From Thraustochytrium aureum (lineage: Eukaryota), in NCBI GenBank assembly GCA_012862495.1, contig BLSG01000198.1, positions 64,073 to 128,072 on the forward strand: DNA of 64,000 nt, written 5' to 3'. Below, piece after piece: positions 1 to 13,253 of the stretch. The position numbers and the translations under genes are program-made. The notes under the pieces were generated by a model. The model was given only the letters and a program-made list of their open reading frames with translations. It did not search any database and was not told the origin of the DNA. Every line of letters starts with the position of its first letter. Position 1 is the first letter of the stretch.

Positions 1-770
1 ACACTGCAGCTCTCTTGGTCGCTGGCCTATGACAGCGCAAGAAAGCGACGGCTTGGGGCCGCAGCGCAGGCGATGCGCCGCGCTTTCGCTTTCACAAGGC
101 GGTCGAGTCGGTTGCCGCCGCTGTGGCTCTTGCCGCGTCCGCTCCTGGTCGCCTCGAGCAAGTCAACTCGAGCAAGAACGCCAGACGTTTGCTCGATCGA
201 TCGATCGATCGTTTGGAGTCTGCGAGATCACCCGTGCGAATCGCATCGCAATTGGGGGTCCAGTGATGGGGGCAGCTTGCCTACTTTCGACTTCACATCG
301 GTTAAATAAATCTTGTCGGCGTTCATTTTTAGTGCTAACGTACAAAAGAGCGCCTTCCGGGGGATTAAAGGGGGTAGGGCGCGTGGGGCGACGCCTTTCC
401 GTGGGGGAGGGTTGTTTCCGTTTATGATGGATAGAAACGGAGAATGCGGAAGTATTGTGCGAGGGAGGGATGGCACGCGACCAGCCGTCGAGCTGCCGCG
501 TCGCCGCCGCCGCCGCTTCGGATGGATGGAGCTGCGAGAGCGTGGCGCCTGAGCGGCATCGACTGCCCGGGCTGGAAGAGTTTGCACTCGCGCACTCTCG
601 CTGAAGCTGCCTCGCCTCGAGCTGCTCCCGCCATGTCGCACCTGTGCCAACAGCCGTTGCCGCTCGTACTCGAGTGCCCCCTACTCCACGTCTTGGAAAA
701 AAATCACTCGTGCTGTGTTGGCTTGGCGCGCAACGAGCCAAGCCGCGCAACGCGAGCAACACTCCAACAC

Positions 771-2276
771 TCAGGCCCCCATCGCCCAGAGCACGATGTT
801 GAAGATCATTATGAAGAGGCCAATCGCGATCATGCCGCACGCCAAGACGCGCGTGCGGTTCATGCCCTCGTGCGGGATGATGCAGAGGTAAAATACTCCC
901 GGAAGCGTAAAGCTGAGGTTGGCCACGCTGAGGCTGCCGCCGAGGTTGAGGAGCAGCGAGATGTCCAGGCCGAGTGTTCCCAGCGCGTAGGTCGTCGCGA
1001 GCATCAGGACGAGCGACACATAGAACAGCACCGCAAACGACTTGCTGCGCGGCGTGCCGATCTCCTTGCCCGTGGCGAGAAGCCACGAGTCGGACACGAG
1101 CTGCACCGTGGCGTCGCGGCACGGCTGGAGCAGGAGCGGGTACGATACCGTCGTCAAGAAGGCCACCCCCATGCGCGCGATCGTCACCTCCAACGTGAGA
1201 GGGTAGCTGCCCAACAGGTCGCTCTTGACATTGGCGCCGTACGTAAAGTAGCCCCCCATCGAAACGATAAGGTAGAGAGCGACTACGAGCGACAGCGCCG
1301 ACCCCGTCGCCGTGTTGAGGCGGCGCAGCGTTGGCCGCTGCATGTCGTTGTAGAAGGCAAAGGCCTGCGGGCTGCAGCAGAACGCGGTGATGATGACTGG
1401 GAACGCCTGCACAAACTTGGAAAAGCTGCTCGTGAACGCCACCTTCTCGCCAATGCAGCACTCTGCCCCTGGCGCATCCGAGACGCAGCAGCTGTCGCCA
1501 AAACAAGCCTCTGCGTTGTTTCGAGCGAGAAACGCCGCACAGACCTCCTCGATCGGCTTGAAGGCGTACACCACAACGACAAACGCGGTGTAAAAGATAA
1601 ACAGCATCGCCAACGCCGACGTGTACTGCAGCACCGTCATCTTTTTCGGCACGCTGAGCGGCGCCGCGATCGTAAGGAACGGCACCGTGAGCCAAAAGAT
1701 GCGCTGCAGGTACCAGGCGTCGGGCGGCACAGGCTCGCCGTCGAGGCTTGCAAAGTACATTGCCACGGGGACCAGGAAGTCGGCGGTCACATTGAGGTAG
1801 AGCACGGAGACGGCAAAGCAGATCAGCCACACCAGAAGACTGGCCAACAGGGGGAAGAACCGGTTGATGCGGCCAGCCACGCGCCCAAAGCTCAGCTGAT
1901 CGCCCCCAAGGTGGTCCATCACCACGAACAGGAGGTGCAGGCCAAACTGGGACAGCGCTGCGCCAAGGAGGAACAGCAAGATGCCTGACACGTACCCCGT
2001 CTCTGCGATCGTGCTCGGCAGAGCCAGCACGCCTGCGCCAACGATGGTGTTGCAGGCGTTCGAGATCGTCCCGAGCAGCGTTCCACCGCGCTTGCCGTAG
2101 TCCACGCCAAACTCAAACTCCGACCCGGCGCTGCTCCCCGTTGAGAGGCTCTCGATGTCGCCTTGGCCGCGCTCCGCCGGCTGGATCTCTGAAATGGCAT
2201 CCACGTCGTCCTTGGCCATGAGGACGCGCGAGCTTGAGGAGGATGCCGCTTGCGGCGCAGGGGAATCGCCCAACAT
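771..2276 (-). CDS. Amino acid transporter (AAAP / SLC38-like, Aa_trans family)
   Basis: NTIVGAGVLALP motif, FCCSPQAF segment and about 11 hydrophobic segments. The start could be the ATG at 2276 or the one at 2219. Confidence 0.9.
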   Translation of the reverse strand: MLGDSPAPQAASSSSSRVLMAKDDVDAISEIQPAERGQGDIESLSTGSSAGSEFEFGVDYGKRGGTLLGTISNACNTIVGAGVLALPSTIAETGYVSGILLFLLGAALSQFGLHLLFVVMDHLGGDQLSFGRVAGRINRFFPLLASLLVWLICFAVSVLYLNVTADFLVPVAMYFASLDGEPVPPDAWYLQRIFWLTVPFLTIAAPLSVPKKMTVLQYTSALAMLFIFYTAFVVVVYAFKPIEEVCAAFLARNNAEACFGDSCCVSDAPGAECCIGEKVAFTSSFSKFVQAFPVIITAFCCSPQAFAFYNDMQRPTLRRLNTATGSALSLVVALYLIVSMGGYFTYGANVKSDLLGSYPLTLEVTIARMGVAFLTTVSYPLLLQPCRDATVQLVSDSWLLATGKEIGTPRSKSFAVLFYVSLVLMLATTYALGTLGLDISLLLNLGGSLSVANLSFTLPGVFYLCIIPHEGMNRTRVLACGMIAIGLFIMIFNIVLWAMGA

Positions 2277-2585
2277 GCTGGTCTCGTCTGAGGCAACAGG
2301 CCTTGCTGCTTCCTGGTCGGTCGTGCGACTCGCGTGACTTGGTCGTGCCTTGGGCGCTTGTCTGCTCGGCGCTCCAGTGGCTTGCTTGTGTTGCGAGTGT
2401 TTCGAGTGTTTCGAGTTTGCTGGGGCTGCTCGCCTGGCCACGTCGTGTGCTGACCCGCAGGAGCATCACAAAAGTGGAGGGGTGGAGGGCTTGGCCCACG
2501 AGTTCGCGCGCCGCAAGTGGGGCTTGCTGAATTCGGCACAAGGATCGCGACCCACCTCCGCCAAACCGTCGAATTGTGACTGAGA

Positions 2586-2612
2586 GCGAGCGAGCGAGCG
2601 AGCGAGCGAGCG
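2586..2612. repeat. (GCGA)n microsatellite
   Basis: Run gcgagcgagcgagcgagcgagcgagcga upstream of the permease. Confidence 0.85.
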
Positions 2613-3172
2613 ACCAACTGCTTCCTTGCCTGTCCGGTGTCCTTGCCTTTCTGGTGGCCGCGTCGAACTCTGCAGCACGCGGCAGCAGGCAATTGAAAAA
2701 CCACCCATCTGTTGAGAGCAAGCAGACAAGGTCAAGAAAATATGGTACAACGGGGACGCCGCGCACCGTCTCGAATGGGGCCGCCCCCGCTCGACTCACG
2801 TATCTTTGCAAGAGCCATTTCGTGTCTCGCAGGCGGAGCCATTCCTGAGCTCAGCAGCGTGGACCGCTGAATTTTGACTTGCAAGGAAAACTCGCAGCAT
2901 TCACACGAAAAACTACCACACCTTCGACGCACGGGACACTTGCGGCCAATTAAAAACCGCCAGTCTACAGCAACCAGTACTCGTCTTGCTGACGGCATCG
3001 CCTGCGCGAGCGGGCGCCGAGCGGAGCGAACGAGCTCGGCTCCGAAGCCAACGATCATGTCCAAAATGTTCTGAATGAATTCCCACTGGAGAAGAACCCT
3101 GATTCCGCACCGAACTCTCATCGCCGCAAACAGCGGGCCAGACCGATGGAATGCGGGGTCGAACAGAACTTC

Positions 3173-3531
3173 CTGTGGGAGAACTGCGGCGAGCGATCGT
3201 CGCTGATCATCGAGCAACCGGAGTCTGCTCGCGCTCGCAGGCCGCCAATCGGTTGCTGCGCGTCTCGAGCATGCTGCGCGCCAGTTTGGTTTGAGTGTTT
3301 GGAATGGAAAAAGGAGCGACCTCACCTCGTACCTCCACGCCAGCCCTGGCGGAGTTCTACCTGTGGGAGAACTACAGCGAGCGATGGTCGCTGATCATCG
3401 AGCAACCGGAGTCTGCTCGCGCTCGCAGGCCGCCAATCGGTTGTTGCGCGTCTCGAGCATGCTGCGCGCCAGTTTGGTAGAGCGTTTGGAGCGGAGAACG
3501 GAGCGACCTCACCTCGTACCTCCGCGCCAGA
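3173..3531. repeat. Tandem duplication, about 188-bp period, two copies
   Basis: ctgtgggagaact...cctcacctcgtacctcc occurs starting at 3173 and again at 3361 with few substitutions. Confidence 0.9.
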
Positions 3532-3681
3532 CCACTCCGGCTCCGGTAGGGTAACCCTTTTGCAAGCTTGCGGTCTTGCACAGCCTTGTTGCTGCCTGGG
3601 TCCAGCCCAGAGCCATTTCTGATCAGGATCTGCCCTGGCAGGTAGCACAGGAGGAAGTGCAGCGAGCTGTTAGCCGCGGCG

Positions 3682-4071
3682 ATGGGCGGCGTGACGGCCG
3701 AAGCCGCCGTTGTGGTCGGGTTTACGACTGCGCTCGCCTGGACCATTTCGATTCTGCTCTGCCTGTCGCGCATCAGGGTCATTCGACGGGAACAGAGCGA
3801 GAGCGACCTCGAGGGGGCGCGCGGAGACACGGGCCTCGCGCTCAGCGAGGGTCAAGCGCGCCTTTGGGTCGCGGCAACCGCTCTTCTCGGGCCTATCGGG
3901 TACTGGCTTGGCGCGTGGCATCTTCGGGCTCGGTTGCGCCTCAGCAAGAACCAGATTCCGGTGCTGCGGCCGACGAGTCCCAATTCCGTCAAACCAGTCG
4001 TTGAGTCCAGTCCGGCCGAAAAGTCCACGCCGACGACATCCTGGCAAGGGGACTTTGCTGCCACCGTCTGA
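3682..4071 (+). CDS. Hypothetical small membrane protein, possibly the 3' part of a frameshifted gene
   Basis: Two hydrophobic segments (AVVVGFTTALAWTISILLCL; LWVAATALLGPIGYWLG). No family recognised. Confidence 0.35.
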   Translation: MGGVTAEAAVVVGFTTALAWTISILLCLSRIRVIRREQSESDLEGARGDTGLALSEGQARLWVAATALLGPIGYWLGAWHLRARLRLSKNQIPVLRPTSPNSVKPVVESSPAEKSTPTTSWQGDFAATV

Positions 4072-4941
4072 GCAAGAGGCGAGCGAGGCTGGCAAGGCCT
4101 TCAAAGTCCGTTCCGCATTCTGTTCTGACCTCGACCAGCCGGGCCGCGCGCCAACCGCATTTTGCACTGGGGCACGCCTCGCTCGAGCGTGCCTGGCTAG
4201 CCACTTGCTCGGTTCCTGCCGGAGGGCCCGTCCGTTCGTCTCAAACAAACGCTGGAAGTGTGGAAGATGCTGCGCGAAGCACCAGCAGTCAGGTCAAATC
4301 AATCCTAGCGTGTACATCATCGATCTTTCCTTCTTGATCAAGATTTGATTGATCAAGAGAAGATGGTTGTGCCCGCGCCCACGGAGGGAAGGAGCCTCCT
4401 CGAGGTGCGTTGCGCCGCATGTACCTCGACGTTGGCTGACGGTGAAACAGCAAGCCCTGCCTGCCAGCCAGCCAGCCCGACGGGGCAGCACAGCCTGCGT
4501 CGCGGCGCTCCTCGCTGGCAATGCTTCTTACCTGGCTTCGAGTACGGGCTCTCGAGTAGAGCTACTCGGAGGACTCGAGTGAGGGGTGGCTATCGAAGTA
4601 AGTACTCGTGAAGTAGTACTCGGCATCCACGTGGTCACAGACGATGCAAGACGCAGTAGACCGAAGAACACAGTCTGTTCGTNNNNNNNNNNNNNNNNNN
4701 NNNNNNNNNNNNNNNNNNNNNNNNNNNNNNNNNNNNNNNNNNNNNNNNNNNNNNNNNNNNNNNNNNNNNNNNNNNNNNNNNNNNNNNNNNNNNNNNNNNN
4801 NNNNNNNNNNNNNNNNNNNNNNNNNNNNNNNNNNNNNNNNNNNNNNNNNNNNNNNNNNNNNNNNNNNNNNNNNNNNNNGGTCGCCCGGACAAGGGTTTAG
4901 GGTGAGGGAGGCCACGTGGATCGCTCGCTCTGCTGGTGAGG

Positions 4942-7900
4942 ATGGACGGGTCGCAGTGCTTGAACTGCGTGAGGAGCGAGATACATAATGTGCTGTCGAC
5001 GATGAGGCGCAACGGACGGTGGGCGTCCGAAGAGCGCTTCATCAGGGAGATCCCGTCAGACTTTGAGAACCCCATGATACGGTCTCTCAAGAGCCTCCAC
5101 GACTACTTGCAGCCGTTCGAGGATATCAATGACGTGGACGCCGTTGCCTACTTGCAGCCCTTCCTCGATGTCGTGGCCTCACCGAATACCAACGGGGCAA
5201 TGACCGGTCGCGCGCTCTCCTCGATCAACAAGTTTCTCCTGTACGGAGCGCTCACGCAAGAGTCCCCTCGCGGTCGCGAAGCGGTCAACCTCGCAGTGGC
5301 CTCCGTTGTGGAGTGCAAGTTTGAGGCCACAAACTCCTACAGCGACGAAGTGGTCCTCATGCAGCTGCTCGAAGTGATGGTCAACCTGCTGAGGTGTCCT
5401 GGCTCGGCGTATATCACAGACGTCAACGTATGGAAGATGGTCGAGACCTGCTACAGGCTAAAGTCGGAAAAGGGCACGAGCCAGCTCTTGCGCAACACAG
5501 CGGCCAACTCGCTGACGCACCTCATCCTCACTCTCTTCTCGCGCTCTGCAGAGCTGATTACCGTGGAGGCCATCGTTGCGCTCGAGTCGCGGTTCGTCAA
5601 CTTTGACGGCCCGCCCGACGGCTTTGTTGTGGCCGGGACGCCAAAGCCGCGCGCGCGCCGCCAAAGCGACGAGGGCGAGCTCTTTGGCGACGACGACTTG
5701 CTGGACGACGAGGACGCGGAGGGCGACAGTGAGGGCGACGACGACGAGGACTGCGACGACGACGAGGACGACGACGACGACACGCATAGCCGCCACACCA
5801 CACCAGGGAGCCTCAATGAGAACGACGGGGAGCCAGGGGACGCGAGCCCTTTCTCTGGCTCAGGCGGCACGGTCGGGTCGCGCGAACAAGGCGCCGAGGC
5901 CTTTGATCTAAGCTCGCCTTCAGCAGTGTTGCGAAACGGCCGCGTGCAGGTCGCGCCCGGAGCTGTCCTTGCTGCCGCAGCCGGCGCGCGCGGCGAAGTG
6001 GCGGCCTCAGACGAAGACCCTGACGAGGCGCTCTACCGCATGCTCCAGCCCATCCGGTTCGGGAACGCGAGCGCGGCGATGAGCGCTATCCGCAGCACGA
6101 GCGCAGCGACTATGGCCGATTCGTACGGGCTGCCAGTCTTGGTCAAGGTCCTCGAGTTTCTCGCGCACTTGACCGACCCGAGCCGCAACAACGAGGTCTC
6201 GCGCGTCTTCGCTTTGCAACTCATCAATATTGTGCTGGAAAGCGGCGGCGAGTCGCTGGGGACCTCGGCGCCGCCGCGCGAGGCCTCGGGGATGCAGGAG
6301 ACCTCGCCCATCATCACGGTTCTGCAAGGGGACCTTTGCAAGCACCTGCTCCAAAACTCGCAGTCGCTCGACCTTTCGGTTCTCTCGCTCACGCTCCGCG
6401 TGGTCTTCAACCTCTTCAACGCGATGAAAGGCCACCTCAAGGTCCAGCTCGAGGTTTTTCTGACCAGCGTGCACCTCCGGATCGCAGAGTCCAGCTCGGC
6501 CACGTTCGAGCAAAAGGAGCTCTCGCTCGAGTCGCTGCTGGACTTTTGCCGCGAGCCCGCTCTCATGCTTGATCTGTACACCAACTACGACTGCGACTTT
6601 CGCTGTACCAACCTGTTTGAGACGCTTTGCAAGTGCCTCTGCAGGTGCTCTGTGCCGCTGGCTGTGCTCAGCAGCGGCCTCGGCATGGCTCATCTGGGCG
6701 GTATAGACGTTTACGACGAGGACGAGAACGCCAACTCGGTGTCCTCGGAAGACTTTGCATCGAGCCTGGACCAAATCATGGCGCTCTCCAGCGAGCAGGG
6801 CGAGGGTGGGCCCGGGATCACCGTCCTCGAGGTGCTCGCTCTCGAGGGCGTTCTCGCGGTGATAGACTCGATCGCGCGCCGATGCGACCTTCGCGCCCCA
6901 ACGCGCTCCAATACCCCGATCCCGAGCATCGCTGGCGCGGCGGCGCGGCCTGCGGGTGCGGAATGGGACTCTGGGATGGACTCGGACTCGTCGAGCAGCG
7001 TGGCGCAGGCCGAGGCGACGGGGCAGTGGATGAAGAGATGATGTGGCTTGTCTCGGCCCGAGAGCGCAAGGCAAACGCGCTGCGCGAGCGCAAGCGGCTC
7101 AAGCGACGGCTCCTGCTGGCGGCGCGCCAGTTCAACAAAAAGCCGACCAAGCAGTACTGGCTGGAGTACGCGCAGGACCTGGGCATCTTGCCGACACCAG
7201 CGACACCGAGCGATGTGGCGGCCTTCTTCCTCAACACACCGGGCCTCGACAAGGCCGCCGTGGGCGACTACATCTCCGAAGACCCGGAGCGCAAGCCTTT
7301 CAACAACAAGGTGATGAAGGCGTATATCCAGAGTTTCGACTTTCGCGGGGTCCGCATCGACCTCGCTCTGCGCATGCTCCTCGAGAGCTTCCGGCTTCCG
7401 GGCGAAGCACAAAAGGTGGACCGTCTCATGGAGGCGTTTGGCGCGCACCTCTTTGCCCAAAATGACCTCACCGAAGCCGAGTCGGCCGCCATCCAAGAGC
7501 GCCGTGTGGAGCGCCGCAAGGCTCGAGAGGAGGCCGCGATGCGACGCAAGGCAGCCCAAAACAAGCGCGCGAAGCGGTCTCAGCGCCGCAGCCTGTCACG
7601 CGGCCGGAGCACCGGGCCAGCAGCGGGGGCAAGCGATAGCGAGGGCAACGACGCCGACCAGCACGGGAACGGGGTGGCGGTGGCGGCATCGTTCGCAGAC
7701 ACTGCAGCCGCTGCCGACAGCGAAGACGAGGAGGAGACGACTCGCGGCGTGTTCAAGTCTGCGGACGCGGCCTTCATCTTTGCCTTTTCGATTATTATGC
7801 TGCACACCGACCTGCACAACCCGGTGATCCCCCCCGAGAAGAAAATGGGCCTGCACGAGTTTATTCGCAACAACCGCAACATCAACGAGGGCGAGAACCT

Positions 7901-10888
7901 CCCGGAGAAGCTGCTCGTCAAGGTGTACATGGCGATCAAGAACGAGGAGATGCGCATGCTGTATGATCCGCACGCGCACTCGACCAGCCTCAACCTGGAG
8001 GGCGGCTCCGCTGGCGCGGGCGACGGGCTCCCGAAGACTGTTGCTGCCGCGGGCCCAACATGGGATACTGTTCTGCGGCACTCGCAGATGGTGGACAAAG
8101 CCAGCTTTACGCCAAAGTCGCTGGGCAGGCTCAGCACGTTCCGCGCAGGCGTCCACGAGCGCGACATGTACGCGATCATCTTTGACCCGTCCATGCAGGC
8201 CATCTCGGTCATGTTTGAGATGACGCGGGACGGCAAGATGGCGGCGCGGGCTCTGGAGGGGTTTCGCAACCTGGGCAAGATCGCCGTGTACTTTGGCATG
8301 CACGACCACTTCAACCGCATCATGATCACGCTCTGCCGCTACTTTCTCCGTTTCTTCCCGGCGCTCGGCGAGGGCGGCCAATCGCAGGTCGACCTGGACG
8401 GGCTGTGCGCGCTCCGTGACGCCACGCTGCTCTCCATGCAGGACTCGAGCAAGAAGAAGATCAAGCTCGCCGCGACACTCGCCCGCGCAGAGCGCTTTGC
8501 CGCGTACCCCTCGTGCCGCGCCCTGCTTACCTTTCGTGCGCTCCTGTCGCTCACCAAGCAGTACGGCGGGCTCATGCGGGAGTCGTGGCGCAACTTTGTG
8601 CAGACGCTGCTGGCCATGCACGAGCTCGACCTGCTCCCGAGCTCGTTCGTCGAGGTTGACGACGTCGTTGACGCGCACGGGAACCGGCTCCCGACCTCGG
8701 CCGCTCTCGGGGCGGGCGGGTCTGGCTCGGCGTTCGCTCCGCTTGGCGGCGGAAGGGGCAAGCTGGGCGACGGGGAGGGGCGCCACAGATGGGCAGCGGC
8801 AAAGCCCCGAGGCGGTAAAAGCGGGGCGGCGGCGGGGCGGGGGCGGCGGCGGATTCTTCAGCACGCTGACTTCGCTCATCTGGTCGGAGGAGGAAGAGCT
8901 CGACGAGACCCACTTGGCCTGCAAGGACGTCGTGCGCGAGACCCTATCTGCATGCCGACTGAGCGCCGTGTTTTCGCGCTCCAAGACGCTCCCGGAGGAG
9001 TCGCTCGTCCTCCTCTTGGATGCCCTACTCGTGCCGCTCGAGGAGCCTGCCTTTGCCGAGGCAGCTGGGGCAGACCCAGCAGCTGCCAGCTCTGCCTTCG
9101 AGCGCAATACTGTGCTCTGCGTCGAACTGCTCACGGAGGTTGGCCTGGCCAACTCGAGCCGAATCGCCAGCATCTGGCCCATCCTGCGCCGTGCGTACCG
9201 GCAGGTCCTGGTCAACGCCGGCGCAGTCCCGGAAGGCGACGACGACGTGTCCGAGCTGGACTATTTGGTCCAAAACGAGGTTGCGTCAGCAGCTGACGAT
9301 GCTGCAGCGGCTCACGAGGCGCCACCTGCGGCGGACCACAAGTCCGCGGGCCGCCAGCCACGGCGCATTCTCAAGAAGCGGCCGAACCGCGTCCGGCGAG
9401 TAAGCTCCTGCTCTGTTTTCGTCGTGGAGCGCGTCGTGGTGAGCCTGTTGCGCATCAGCGTCCACATGCTGGACAACCCTGGCGTCCTGGGCTCTATCCT
9501 TGGCGCTTTGAGTTGGCTTGCAGACTTTGACGACGAGCTCTGCGAGCGGCTGGCTTCGCGGATTGGGTCGGGGCTCTCGACAGTGCTGCGTTTCCACGCG
9601 GCCAACATCGGCTCGGCGAGCGAGTGGCGAATCGTCTGCAGGCTTTTGGCGCGCTTTGCCCTGTTCCCTGACTCGGTGGATGCCACGTGGGAGATTGTGC
9701 AGACTATCGTCCAGTGTGGCCACGTGAACCGCGTCAACATGAACCTTGTCGTGGAGACGATCAATNNNNNNNNNNNNNNNNNNNNNNNNNNNNNNNNNNN
9801 NNNNNNNNNNNNNNNNNNNNNNNNNNNNNNNNNNNNNNNNNNNNNNNNNNNNNNNNNNNNNNNNNNNNNNNNNNNNNNNNNNNNNNNNNNNNNNNNNNNN
9901 NNNNNNNNNNNNNNNNNNNNNNNNNNNNNNGATCATTTTAGAGGTTTCGCGCCAAGTGTACTCGCGCGAGCCCGACTTTTGCATCACGCCGAGCGTGAAG
10001 GCCGATGCGGGCTCGGCGCCCCACGACGCAGCAGACAAGGGCGGCCCGGCGCCGGCTACGGAGGCCGGCGCGGACGTTGGCACTGTGCAAGCGGCGCAGG
10101 ACGCTGCAACGGTTCGCGGTTCGCGGCGCGCCAGCAGTGCGGCGGGGGCCGAGCTCGAGGCGCTGGTAGGTAGCGAGCCCGTGACCCGGAATGGCGCCTA
10201 TGTGGTCGGCCAGCAGAGCTCGCTGCTCTTGCCGGATCGGTTCAAGTGCTGGATGCTTTTGGTGATCCAGCTCCGGTGCTGGTTCGCGGACCCTCGACCG
10301 GAGGTGGCTTCGAGCGCAACGCAATGCCTGCAAAGCACACTGTGGTCGCCGCCGGAGCAGATCGGGGCAGAGCGGTGGCCCGAAATCTTCGACCAAGTGC
10401 TGTTTCCCCTTGTGGAGCAGACCACGAAGGGCAGTGGCAGCCCGCAGACTGTCGTGCGGAGCACCAACTTGCTGACGCGCACGTTCCTCCACAACGTTGG
10501 CGTGCTGGCGGGGACGCCAGAGTTTCACATCATGTGGCTCCGCATGATCACCTACATGAGCAAGAGTCTCGCTGGCGAGGAGCTCGTGCGCGAGAGCACG
10601 CTCGAGAACCTCAAGAACCTCATCATGGTCATGCAGGGCGAAGGGCTCTTTGAGAAGATTTCGCAGAATGCTGGCCAGAACATTTGGGAGCTCACATGGA
10701 CGGTGATGGAGACGCAGGCCCCGGGTGTTCGACTCTCCATCGAGTCGGCTCTGATGGCCATGTCGCCGGTGCCGGCTGACCGGCGAACTGCGCCAGCCGA
10801 GGGTTTTGCATTTGCAGAGCAGCAGGATCACCAGGAGAGTTTTCAGGGCGACGAGCGAGGCGAGGTGCAAGACTTGCACGTCGTTTGA
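4942..10888 (+). CDS. GBF1: Large ARF guanine-nucleotide exchange factor, GBF1/GNOM type (Sec7 domain); frameshifts near 7020 and 8750-8830, gap at 9766-9930
   Basis: DCB/HUS region (YTNYDCD), Sec7 motifs FRLPGEAQKVDRLMEAF and IMLHTDLHNP, and a C-terminal HDS region ending ENLKNLIMVM. Spread over ORFs 4936-7041, 6627-9296, 8416-10173 and 9746-10888. Confidence 0.9.
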
Positions 10889-12317
10889 GGTTGCCTCGTT
10901 CTTGCTCACTCGAGACCAGAAGAAAAGCAACGCCGCACTTGCGCGTTTGCGCTTGGCAAGCAGGAGCGTCGTGACGTCCAGCTCTATTTCGCATCATAAG
11001 GGAAAACTAGCNNNNNNNNNNNNNNNNNNNNNNNNNNNNNNNNNNNNNNNNNNNNNNNNNNNNNNNNNNNNNNNNNNNNNNNNNNNNNNNNNNNNNNNNN
11101 NNNNNNNNNNNNNNNNNNNNNNNNNNNNNNNNNNNNNNNNNNNNNNNNNNNNNNNNNNNNNNNNNNNNNNNNNNNNNNNNNNNNNNNNNNNNNNNNNNNN
11201 NNNNNNNNNNNNNNNNNNNNNNNNNNNNNNNNNNNNNNNNNNNNNNNNNNNNNNNNNNNNNNNNNNNNNNNNNNNNNNNNNNNNNNNNNNNNNNNNNNNN
11301 NNNNNNNNNNNNNNNNNNNNNNNNNNNNNNNNNNNNNNNNNNNNNNNNNNNNNNNNNNNNNNNNNNNNNNNNNNNNNNNNNNNNNNNNNNNNNNNNNNNN
11401 NNNNNNNNNNNNNNNNNNNNNNNNNNNNNNNNNNNNNNNNNNNNNNNNNNNNNNNNNNNNNNNNNNNNNNNNNNNNNNNNNNNNNNNNNNNNNNNNNNNN
11501 NNNNNNNNNNNNNNNNNNNNNNNNNNNNNNNNNNNNNNNNNNNNNNNNNNNNNNNNNNNNNNNNNNNNNNNNNNNNNNNNNNNNNNNNNNNNNNNNNNNN
11601 NNNNNNNNNNNNNNNNNNNNNNNNNNNNNNNNNNNNNNNNNNNNNNNNNNNNNNNNNNNNNNNNNNNNNNNNNNNNNNNNNNNNNNNNNNNNNNNNNNNN
11701 NNNNNNNNNNNNNNNNNNNNNNNNNNNNNNNNNNNNNNNNNNNNNNNNNNNNNNNNNNNNNNNNNNNNNNNNNNNNNNNNNNNNNNNNNNNNNNNNNNNN
11801 NNNNNNNNNNNNNNNNNNNNNNNNNNNNNNNNNNNNNNNNNNNNNNNNNNNNNNNNNNNNNNCTGCTGCTGCTGCTGCTGCTGTTGTTTTCGTTGTTGTT
11901 TGCTGGCTAGCCTGTGAACGAGATGCAATTCGATGCAGAGAACTCCGTCGCTAGCTAGTGTAGTTGCTGCGTTGATTGCGAGTAGAGCGCACTACCAACA
12001 CAACGCAGTCGGAGACGGGCAGCGCGGCCACCCCGAACTGGCGCGCCGGCGCCGAGCCACATCGGCGCCAGACATAAAAAAGCCCAAGCGACCGCCACAA
12101 AGCATCGATTTAGCTGTGAACAAAGCGTACGCGGGGGAACAATCCATTGGTCGAGCAGACGCCAGTGCTGCGTTGGAGGGACGGGCGCTCGGGCGAGGTG
12201 GACACGGCAGGCTTGTTGCGCGCAGGCGAGGACGGCAGGCGCTGGGCCGCGGGGCAGCAAGGTTTACGTTGCGGGGCGCGGAGCTGGCCTGCGCCGCGCT
12301 GCGAACTCGCGACGAGG

Positions 12318-13253
12318 ATGAGCGGTCACCAGAAGCCCGGGCGGCTTGGGACCGCCTTCGCGGTTGGCGGGTACATGACGTGCTCGGCGCTGATGCTGCT
12401 GGTGAATAAGCTGGCCGTGCACCACTTGCCCACGCCTGGGTTTGTGCTGTTCTGCCAGCTGTTTGCCTCGGGCGCGTTCACGTGGGCGGCAGGCAAGCTG
12501 GGCTACATTGACGTCGATCCCTTGTCCTGGGACAAGGTGTCAAAGTTCTGGGTCGTCCCCGTCGCCTTTCTGGCAACCGTGTTTGCCAACATCAAGATCC
12601 TGCAGCACGCCAACGTCGAGACGTTCATCGTGTTCCGCGCAAGCACGCCCTTGATTCTCTCGGTGCTAGACGCGCAGCTGATGGGCCGCGAGCTACCCTC
12701 GCGGCGGTCTTGGGTGTGCCTGTTTGGCCTGCTCCTGGGCGCGCTGTGCTACATGTATTTTGAAAAGGGCCAGATAACCGCCAACTCGTACTTCTGGGTG
12801 GCCTGCTGGTACGTCGTGTTTTGCTTCGACCAGATCTACATCAAGCACATCACCAACACGGTGGAGATGACCACCTGGGGTCGCGTCTACTACACCAACA
12901 TGATCCCCGTCGTCCCGCTCTTCTTCATCATGTACAGCACGGGCGAGTTCAACTCGCTCAGCGCGTTCGAGTTTACTGTCCCGTCCAAAGCCTGGCTCAT
13001 CATCAGCTGCGCGTGCGGGGTGGCCATCTCCTACTTTGCGTTCCTTGCGCGGGCGGCCATCTCGGCCACGTACTTTACTGTTGTGGGCAACACTTGCAAG
13101 GTGATTACGGTGGGGCTCAACATTCTGCTGTGGGACAAGCACGCCACGGCCGAGGGCGTCATGTCGCTCTTCCTGTGTCTGGTGTGCGCCTTTTACTACG
13201 AGCAGGCTCCGCAGCGAAACTTGCTCCCGAGCAACAAGGCCGCGCTCAGCTGA
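12318..13253 (+). CDS. Nucleotide-sugar transporter, GDP-fucose/GDP-mannose (GONST3/4-like, SLC35)
   Basis: VNKLAVH, NVETFIVFR and ISATYFTVVGNTCKVITV motifs; about 10 TM segments. Confidence 0.85.
   Translation: MSGHQKPGRLGTAFAVGGYMTCSALMLLVNKLAVHHLPTPGFVLFCQLFASGAFTWAAGKLGYIDVDPLSWDKVSKFWVVPVAFLATVFANIKILQHANVETFIVFRASTPLILSVLDAQLMGRELPSRRSWVCLFGLLLGALCYMYFEKGQITANSYFWVACWYVVFCFDQIYIKHITNTVEMTTWGRVYYTNMIPVVPLFFIMYSTGEFNSLSAFEFTVPSKAWLIISCACGVAISYFAFLARAAISATYFTVVGNTCKVITVGLNILLWDKHATAEGVMSLFLCLVCAFYYEQAPQRNLLPSNKAALS

Noticed and set aside
163..1988. Long alternative ORFs (163-1830 minus, 444-1988 plus) and similar antisense ORFs throughout
   Set aside because: Shadow ORFs caused by high GC3; they are Arg/Ala-rich with no motifs and overlap clear genes.
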